A program made the position numbers and the translations under genes. This document shows positions 57,721 through 64,000 of a stretch of 64,000 nucleotides of DNA, in pieces. The DNA comes from Mucilaginibacter sp. (lineage in GTDB: Bacteria; Bacteroidota; Bacteroidia; Sphingobacteriales; Sphingobacteriaceae), in assembly GCF_028288105.1 (NCBI RefSeq), contig NZ_JAQBOI010000090.1:119-64118 (forward strand). The letters are read 5' to 3'. A model generated the notes under the pieces. It was given only the letters and a program-made list of their open reading frames with translations, did no database searches and was not told where the DNA came from. Each line of letters opens with the position of its first letter. Position 1 is the stretch's first letter.

Positions 57721-60700
57721 TTAGAATTTAAGATTGATGTTAAACCCAATGTTACGTACAGTTGGCAGCGTTAAATCTTCCAAACCCTGTGCGTTACCGG
57801 TATTGAAAGCTGTTTCGGGATCGATGTTAGGGACATTTTTATGAATGATCCAAAGGTTACGGCCCACTAATGATACCGTTGCCGACTGCAGCCCAATGCC
57901 TTTAACCCATTGTGAAGGGAAGGTATAGCCAATTTTAATTTCCCGAAGCTTTACATAAGATGCGCTGTAAATAAAGGCTTCATCAACATTTGTAAAGCCT
58001 TTGTAGTACGATTGAGCAGGTACAATGGTGGTATTAGCTGTTCCATCCGCCTTTACTCCTTTAAACACCATCCCGTCGTCGTAAACGGTTTCGCCTGTGG
58101 GTGCACCTGCACCTGCGCTTACCTGCACCGCCGGCAAGGATGTGTTATTGTTGGGGTAGTAATAACTTAATCCACCGTTTGCTGTGCCGCGGCCGGGTAG
58201 GGTAGACGCTAATACTCCGGTATAAGTGCCGGTGCGGTTAGTATTAGAGTAAATAGAACCACCAATTCGTGCGTCAACTAAAAAGCTTACGTTTATATTT
58301 TTGTAGGTAACACTGTTATTGATACTTCCCAACCAATCCGGAGTAAATTTCCCCAAATACTTTTTGGTTGTATTAACAATAGGGGTTCCGTTGGCGCCAA
58401 TAATTATTTGGCCGGATGCATCGCGAGTATAGGAAGTACCAGAAAGGGTACCATAAGGCTGACCAACTGCTGCCAATACATCAACCGTACGGTTGGTGCC
58501 TAAGATATAACTTTGAAGATTTCCTTCATCATAAAGTGATATGACTTTGCTCTTATTGCGGGAGTAGTTTATAGTGACATCCCAGGTAAGATCATTCGTT
58601 TTTACAGGTGTTATACCCAACTGCACTTCAAGGCCTTTGTTATTAATGCTGCCACCATTAATTAGCTTGGTGCTGTATCCGGTAGACCCACTAACAAGCA
58701 CAGCTAATATTTGGTTAATACTGTTGGTATTATAAGCACTCACGTCAAGACGTAACCTATTATTAAAAAAGCCTGCTTCTATACCAGCTTCTGTAGATGT
58801 TGTAGTTTCGGGTTTAAGATTTGGATTCAAATCTATTGGGTTTATTGTTTGCTGCGGGTTTGCAATAGGCCCCTGTGGCGTGTTTAAAATAAACGGAGCC
58901 GCAAAATTGTAAGTATTGATAAGTTGATATGGTGTCGCCGCTTTACCAACTTTTGACCACCCGCCCCTTAGTTTTAAGTAACTTAATATGTCACTCTTTA
59001 AGTCCAGCGCTTCCGAGAGCACTAAACTTCCGTTAACGGATGGATAAAAGTAAGATAAGTTGGCCACAGGCAGGGTTGACGACCAGTCGTTACGCCCTGT
59101 TAAATTTAAAAAGGCGTAATTCCGGAACCCAATTTGTGCCGATGCGAAATAACTATAAGTTTTTAGTTTACCATAATAATTAGACGATACCAAAGGATCG
59201 CGTGAATTGCTTAAAGTATATAAACCCGCTACTGCAAGCTTAGGCGCTATCTGGTCATTTTGCTCATTTAGAATGGTACTGATGTTACCGCCTATAAAGC
59301 CATCGAATGAAAAATCTTGATTTAGCTTTTTTGTGTATTGTAAACGTGCTTCGGTATTGGTCTCGTTAACAGTATAGGCATCTTCTTCATAAGATCCAAA
59401 AGGGGTTCCGTTAGTGCCGTACGAAACTTTTATCTTGCGCCTGTCTGTATAATAGTCGGTACCCGTACGGAAGTTAGCAGACAAACCGCTGGCGATCTTA
59501 TAGTTTAATTCCACGCTTCCAATGATCCTGTTTTTGTGTTGGCCAACAGTATTTTCATAAGCAATAAAATACGGGTTGCTGTAATAGCTGTTGTTCCAGT
59601 TAAAGGTGTTGCCACTGGCATCACGATAGTCTTTTAACCTATTAATATCTACTTGCCGGCCAAACCAAGTGAATTGCAGCATGGTACTTGTAGCCCGCCT
59701 GCCGTATGCACCAGGAAGGTTGCCCGCGTCATCTTTAATGTAATTAGCGATTGTAGTGATCGTTAATTTAGAATTAGGGCGGAAGGTAGTATTTAACAGG
59801 AATGAGTTTCTGCCCTGCGATGAATTTGGTACTACACCGGTTTGGTGCAAGTTGTTATACGATAGCCTGTAATCGAACTTATCGCTGCTTCCTGCAAAGG
59901 CGATACCATTGTTTAGGGTAACACCTGTTTTGAAGAAATCACGTACGTTATTTGGGTGCGCCACAAAAGGCACAGCCTCGCCGTTTGAGTAAAACTGCGG
60001 AATAAGCCTTCCGTCCAGTGGCGGGCCCCAGCTTTCGTCAACACCATCATTTACACCTCCGCCTTTACCATCTACATAACTGAATTTGCCGTTAGCGCCT
60101 TGCCCAAATTGGTTTTGATAATCAGGAAACACCTTTAAAGTAGCAAACGAAGTATTGGAGTTTATGGTAATTCCCAATCCCTGAGCGCCCTTGCCTGTTT
60201 TGGTCTTGATCAGGATAACACCTCCAGCTGCACGATAACCATATAAAGCCGCCGCATTTGGGCCTTTTAATACGCTGATAGATTCGATATCCTCCGAATT
60301 AAGGTCAGAAATTGCATTCGCGAAATCTCGGGATCCGTTTGTGCCTTGGAACTGCGAATTGTCTACAATAACACCATCCACCACAAATAAGGGTTGGTTA
60401 TTGCCGGATACAGAGGTTTCTCCACGGATAACGATACGAGACGATCCCATATCGCCCTGGCTGCCGGTAACCTGCACACCCGCTATCTTTCCGGATAATG
60501 CATTGATCAGGTTGGTTTCTTTAGCCTCAGAAATATCTTTTGACTTAAGGCCCTGTACGGCATAACCCAGCGACTTTTTATCTTTTGATATATTAAGCGC
60601 TGTAACAACAACCTCGTTAAGGGAGTTTGGCGCTTCCAGTAAAACTATTTGGAGGGCTGTACTGCTATTGGTTACCGGAATTTCCTGTGTGGCAAAGCCG

Positions 60701-60933
60701 ATGTAAGACACCCGCAAAACATCGTTAACGTTTGCATTAAGGGTGAACTTACCCAAAACATCTGTTTGGGCACCTCCTGTAGATCCTTTGATCCCAATGC
60801 TGACGCCGGGAAGCGGCTGTCCGTCGGATTTGGCGGTTACCACACCGCTTACTTTAACAGACTGGGCGCTAACCGTCTGTATGATGAGGAAAAGCAATAA
60901 AATTGCCAATAAGGGTTTGTAAATTTTATTCAT
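57721..60933 (-). CDS. susC: SusC/RagA TonB-dependent transporter
   Basis: LNEVVVTAL, VLKGPNAAALYG, C-terminal Phe. Confidence 0.95.
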   Translation of the reverse strand: MNKIYKPLLAILLLFLIIQTVSAQSVKVSGVVTAKSDGQPLPGVSIGIKGSTGGAQTDVLGKFTLNANVNDVLRVSYIGFATQEIPVTNSSTALQIVLLEAPNSLNEVVVTALNISKDKKSLGYAVQGLKSKDISEAKETNLINALSGKIAGVQVTGSQGDMGSSRIVIRGETSVSGNNQPLFVVDGVIVDNSQFQGTNGSRDFANAISDLNSEDIESISVLKGPNAAALYGYRAAGGVILIKTKTGKGAQGLGITINSNTSFATLKVFPDYQNQFGQGANGKFSYVDGKGGGVNDGVDESWGPPLDGRLIPQFYSNGEAVPFVAHPNNVRDFFKTGVTLNNGIAFAGSSDKFDYRLSYNNLHQTGVVPNSSQGRNSFLLNTTFRPNSKLTITTIANYIKDDAGNLPGAYGRRATSTMLQFTWFGRQVDINRLKDYRDASGNTFNWNNSYYSNPYFIAYENTVGQHKNRIIGSVELNYKIASGLSANFRTGTDYYTDRRKIKVSYGTNGTPFGSYEEDAYTVNETNTEARLQYTKKLNQDFSFDGFIGGNISTILNEQNDQIAPKLAVAGLYTLSNSRDPLVSSNYYGKLKTYSYFASAQIGFRNYAFLNLTGRNDWSSTLPVANLSYFYPSVNGSLVLSEALDLKSDILSYLKLRGGWSKVGKAATPYQLINTYNFAAPFILNTPQGPIANPQQTINPIDLNPNLKPETTTSTEAGIEAGFFNNRLRLDVSAYNTNSINQILAVLVSGSTGYSTKLINGGSINNKGLEVQLGITPVKTNDLTWDVTINYSRNKSKVISLYDEGNLQSYILGTNRTVDVLAAVGQPYGTLSGTSYTRDASGQIIIGANGTPIVNTTKKYLGKFTPDWLGSINNSVTYKNINVSFLVDARIGGSIYSNTNRTGTYTGVLASTLPGRGTANGGLSYYYPNNNTSLPAVQVSAGAGAPTGETVYDDGMVFKGVKADGTANTTIVPAQSYYKGFTNVDEAFIYSASYVKLREIKIGYTFPSQWVKGIGLQSATVSLVGRNLWIIHKNVPNIDPETAFNTGNAQGLEDLTLPTVRNIGFNINLKF

Positions 60934-61095
60934 GATAATTATTGTAAAGCGTTTAAAAAGTCAATACAAGTACATACAGGCCGGTTTGATTCAAGACAGA
61001 TACTGTCAAAATCAATAGCCTATTTAAATTGTAAGGAATGAATTGGTAATAATTTCGGGCTTAGCAGAATTAACTAAAACCCTTAATTGCTATAA

Positions 61096-61209
61096 TTAAC
61101 AGCAACAACACATCGCTGGCATAGAGGTAGCTGTATACAGATCAGCGCGCAGATACGATGTTTTAGCGTAGAACTTACGGTTTTCGGGGTGGGTAGGGTT
61201 TGTTTTCAT
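61096..61209 (-). CDS. 37-aa Met/Cys-rich leader peptide
   Basis: MKTNPTHPENRKFYAKTSYLRADLYTATSMPAMCCCC, between the riboswitch and susC. Confidence 0.6.
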   Translation of the reverse strand: MKTNPTHPENRKFYAKTSYLRADLYTATSMPAMCCCC

Positions 61210-61307
61210 AATTAATATGGTTTGATATATAATTAATCGGCAATGGGAAGAGGAGGCGGATAAACGATATAATGAGTAGCCTATGAGGCATTGCAATATT
61301 TGCGAAC

Positions 61308-61412
61308 ATTATCTTTTCTGCATTACTGCAGACAGGAATTAGCACCTTTATACCTATGGCGTACAGGTTGCTAAGACATCATAGGGCCTTTCCCTCAGTC
61401 TTTCTTGATAAT
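61308..61412 (-). ncRNA. SAM-I (S-box) riboswitch
   Basis: Minus strand TTATCAAGAAAGACTGAGGGA..GGCCC..GATGTC..GCAACC..AAGGTGCTAATTCC..AAAGATAA. Confidence 0.9.
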
Positions 61413-61432
61413 TAATAAGAACTATTTCGATG

Positions 61433-61440
61433 CAAATATA
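61433..61440 (-). promoter_or_regulatory. -7 promoter element (TATATTTG) upstream of the riboswitch
   Basis: TAnnTTTG about 20 nt before the aptamer. Confidence 0.65.
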
Positions 61441-61679
61441 TATTTATAATCTATAAAAACTATAGACATTATATAATTTAATTGTCATATGAAACAGGAT
61501 CGATTTTTTTTACAGGCATCAATTGCTTTAACAGCCAAACCTGCGCGGTTTAAAGCTGTTGCAATAATTAACCCTGCCAACCGGTTTTTGGATGGATGAG
61601 TATTAAGAGAGGGAAAGGTATTTAATCCTTTAAGACATATGGATCGCTGGTTCGACCTACTCAGATCACGCTGTATAAA

Positions 61680-62765
61680 TCAATGATGAAGTATTTGCTG
61701 TGTTTCGGCTATTAGAGCCTGCATTAGCTCGGTTGCTTTAGTATGTTTTAGATTAACCGCATTCTGCCCCGACCAAAAATTGATCATATCTGTTTTACCC
61801 TGGGCTAATGCTGCTGCTCTTAATGGCCCCATTAAACGGGTTTGCAGCGGGAATGGCAGCACCGCGGTTTCATAATTAACTTCTTCCGAGATCCTGTTGC
61901 GGATCATCCTGCCCATGCGGCCGGTTAATGATTTAGAGAGTATCGTGTATTTTGATTCATCGGTAAAAAGCCTTGCTTTGTGAACAGGCGTTGCGCCCGA
62001 TTCATCGGTAACCAAAAAAGCTGTTCCTAATTGTACGGCATCTGCACCTAAAGTTAACGCGGCTGCAATGCCTTTACTATCTGCAAGGCCCCCGGCAGCA
62101 ATAACGGGTGTTTTTATCTTGGCCTTCAACTGCTGGATAAGGGCGAAGGTACCGGTTAGAGAATCATGTGCCGGCCTCAGGAATGATGGGCGATGGCCAC
62201 CTGCTTCAAATCCGGCAGCAACAATAGCATCAACTTTCGCCTCTTCCAAAGCCAGGGCTTCATCAAGTGTGGTGGCTGCGCCTATGGTTTTAATACCCAG
62301 CCTGCGGGCTTCATCTAATATCTCTTTTGAAGGAATGCCGAATATAAAACTAAACACGGCTGGTTTGATCTGGAAGATGGCTTCCACCTGTTTCAGGAAT
62401 TTGGAAGGGATATTGGTATCCAGATCAGGCAAAGGGATACTTAGTTCATCAAAATATGGTTTAAATAGTGTCTTCACCTTTTCCAGGCTTTCAGCCGGGT
62501 AATTAATTAAGCTATCATCAACATCCGACACCCATAGGTTGATATTATAGGGTTTGTCTGTTTTCGCTTTTATGGCCTTATCGGCTTCCAGTATCTGTTC
62601 GGGGGTAAGGGTGTATGCTCCAAAGCTTCCAAGGCCGCCCGCGTTTGATACCGCGGCTAAAAGTTCGGGAGTTGAAAAGCCTCCACCCATAGGGCCTAAC
62701 AGAATTGGGTATTTGATGCCTAAAAGCGAGGTTATTTTGGTCTGGTTCCACATGGCTTTAAACAT
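61680..62765 (-). CDS. Nitronate monooxygenase / FabK-like flavin oxidoreductase
   Basis: GPMGGG, AVSNAGGLG, EAGGH, IAAGG, VQLGTAF. Confidence 0.9.
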   Translation of the reverse strand: MFKAMWNQTKITSLLGIKYPILLGPMGGGFSTPELLAAVSNAGGLGSFGAYTLTPEQILEADKAIKAKTDKPYNINLWVSDVDDSLINYPAESLEKVKTLFKPYFDELSIPLPDLDTNIPSKFLKQVEAIFQIKPAVFSFIFGIPSKEILDEARRLGIKTIGAATTLDEALALEEAKVDAIVAAGFEAGGHRPSFLRPAHDSLTGTFALIQQLKAKIKTPVIAAGGLADSKGIAAALTLGADAVQLGTAFLVTDESGATPVHKARLFTDESKYTILSKSLTGRMGRMIRNRISEEVNYETAVLPFPLQTRLMGPLRAAALAQGKTDMINFWSGQNAVNLKHTKATELMQALIAETQQILHH

Positions 62766-63135
62766 TTACATGAGTTAATAACTTATTTACAATAACCCAC
62801 GCCCCGTTGATCTTGGTTAAGGAAAGCAGGTCGTAATAATTAAAGTCAAACATAGGCACATGTACTTTAGCGATAGCTATGGAGTTAATAATTTCTATCG
62901 ACAATATTTCCATGCGTGTTGTTTCGCCCAATTCAAAAGGGCTTTTGCGGTTTTTAACACCATCAAGATATTGATCAAGGCTTTTAAAATATGGTTGCCC
63001 ATTAATATCGCCACTTACCAGTGCTTGGGGATGAAAGGTACTGCGAAGAAGTTCTACATCACCTTTAAATATACCATTAAAGTAGTTTGATAATACGGCT
63101 GCTACAGCCGTTGCATTATCTGCATAATTGCTCAT
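62758..63135 (-). CDS. NTF2-like / lumazine-binding family protein
   Basis: YFNGIFKGD..FHPQA, YYDLLSL..WVIVNK. Confidence 0.8.
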   Translation of the reverse strand: MSNYADNATAVAAVLSNYFNGIFKGDVELLRSTFHPQALVSGDINGQPYFKSLDQYLDGVKNRKSPFELGETTRMEILSIEIINSIAIAKVHVPMFDFNYYDLLSLTKINGAWVIVNKLLTHVNV

Positions 63136-63212
63136 CGTTTTTTATTTAAGGTATGCACCGGGTATATTGTCTCGTTGCATACCTGTTTGTTTATTTAAAC
63201 TTACCTGACTAA

Positions 63213-63959
63213 TTAACCAATGTGGTGGCCGGATACATGCCCGCCATCTAAGTTGATGATCTCGCCGGTTACAAAATTGCTGCCTGCCAGGTAAAGGGCC
63301 AATTCGGCAACATCCTGTGTTTCGCCAATACGGTTTAATAGGTGTAAACCGGCAAGGTCATCAGCATTGCTAACGCCGTTTTTAGCCTGTAAAGGGCTCC
63401 TGATAATGCCTGGCGCTATCGCGTTCACCCTAATATTGTTTTTACCAAACTCGGCAGCCAATTGCCTTGTTAAAGCATGAATACCACCTTTGCTTGAAAT
63501 AGGTGCTGTTGCAGGGAAACCACCAATAGCATGGTCAACCAATACGGTGCCAATATTAATGATAGAACCTTCGCCTTGTTTCAGCATTTGTTTAATTGCG
63601 GCCTGGCTGGTAAAATAAGTGCCTTTCAGGTTGATGTTTAAAAAACTGTCAAGGTGTGCTTCATCAACATCTAAAAAGGGTTTTGGTTCAAATATACCGG
63701 CATTATTTACCAGTACGTCAACCGCGCCAAAGCGTTCAACCGCGGTATCAACAAGTTGTTGACCTGTTGCCGGGCTGCTAATGCTGCCGGTAACCATGGC
63801 TAATTGGTCATGATGACCCAGTTCGTTAAATGTTGCCGTTAAATTATCGCCATTAGCCGAGTTGATGACTACGTTATGGCCGTGTTGTAAGAATAAACCG
63901 GCAATAGCTTTACCAATACCTGTTGATGCGCCGGTTACTATAATTGTTTGTTGTTTCAT
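63213..63959 (-). CDS. SDR family oxidoreductase
   Basis: TGASTGIG, NNAG, SKGG, IRVNAIAPG, DGG. Confidence 0.92.
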   Translation of the reverse strand: MKQQTIIVTGASTGIGKAIAGLFLQHGHNVVINSANGDNLTATFNELGHHDQLAMVTGSISSPATGQQLVDTAVERFGAVDVLVNNAGIFEPKPFLDVDEAHLDSFLNINLKGTYFTSQAAIKQMLKQGEGSIINIGTVLVDHAIGGFPATAPISSKGGIHALTRQLAAEFGKNNIRVNAIAPGIIRSPLQAKNGVSNADDLAGLHLLNRIGETQDVAELALYLAGSNFVTGEIINLDGGHVSGHHIG

Positions 63960-64000
63960 GATCTTTTTTTAAGAATTGTCATTTAAATTATCTTTTAGCT

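Overview
Chromosomal window from a Bacteroidota bacterium, most likely Sphingobacteriaceae (Mucilaginibacter/Pedobacter-like; inferred from TAnnTTTG promoters, SusC/SusD pairs and an ECF-FecR pair). Core genes and a tRNA-Asn(GTT) are followed by a ~21 kb integrative mobilizable element (2506-23636), bounded by a 45-bp repeat of the tRNA 3' half. It carries a tyrosine integrase, excisionase, oriT/MobC/relaxase and dense defence cargo: a TIR-TPR protein, AbiE with a frameshifted toxin, a HEPN / unknown / SecB-like triad, two unannotated small proteins divergent from a WYL regulator, type I R-M and HipBST. Downstream accessory DNA holds a catalase-like/DyP cluster, an amidase, an ECF-sigma PUL, an SdpA/SdpB(HTTM)-like operon with a tandem-repeat precursor, a deletion scar, a BetI-like TetR SusC/D locus with two phosphoesterases, and a SAM-I riboswitch plus a Cys-rich leader peptide ahead of a SusC/D pair. 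The best novelty candidates are the HEPN-X-SecB module whose middle protein ends in an ssrA-like degron, the SdpAB-like repeat-precursor cluster, the WYL-linked microproteins and the riboswitch plus MCCCC leader. All family assignments come from reading motifs by eye; no searches were run.
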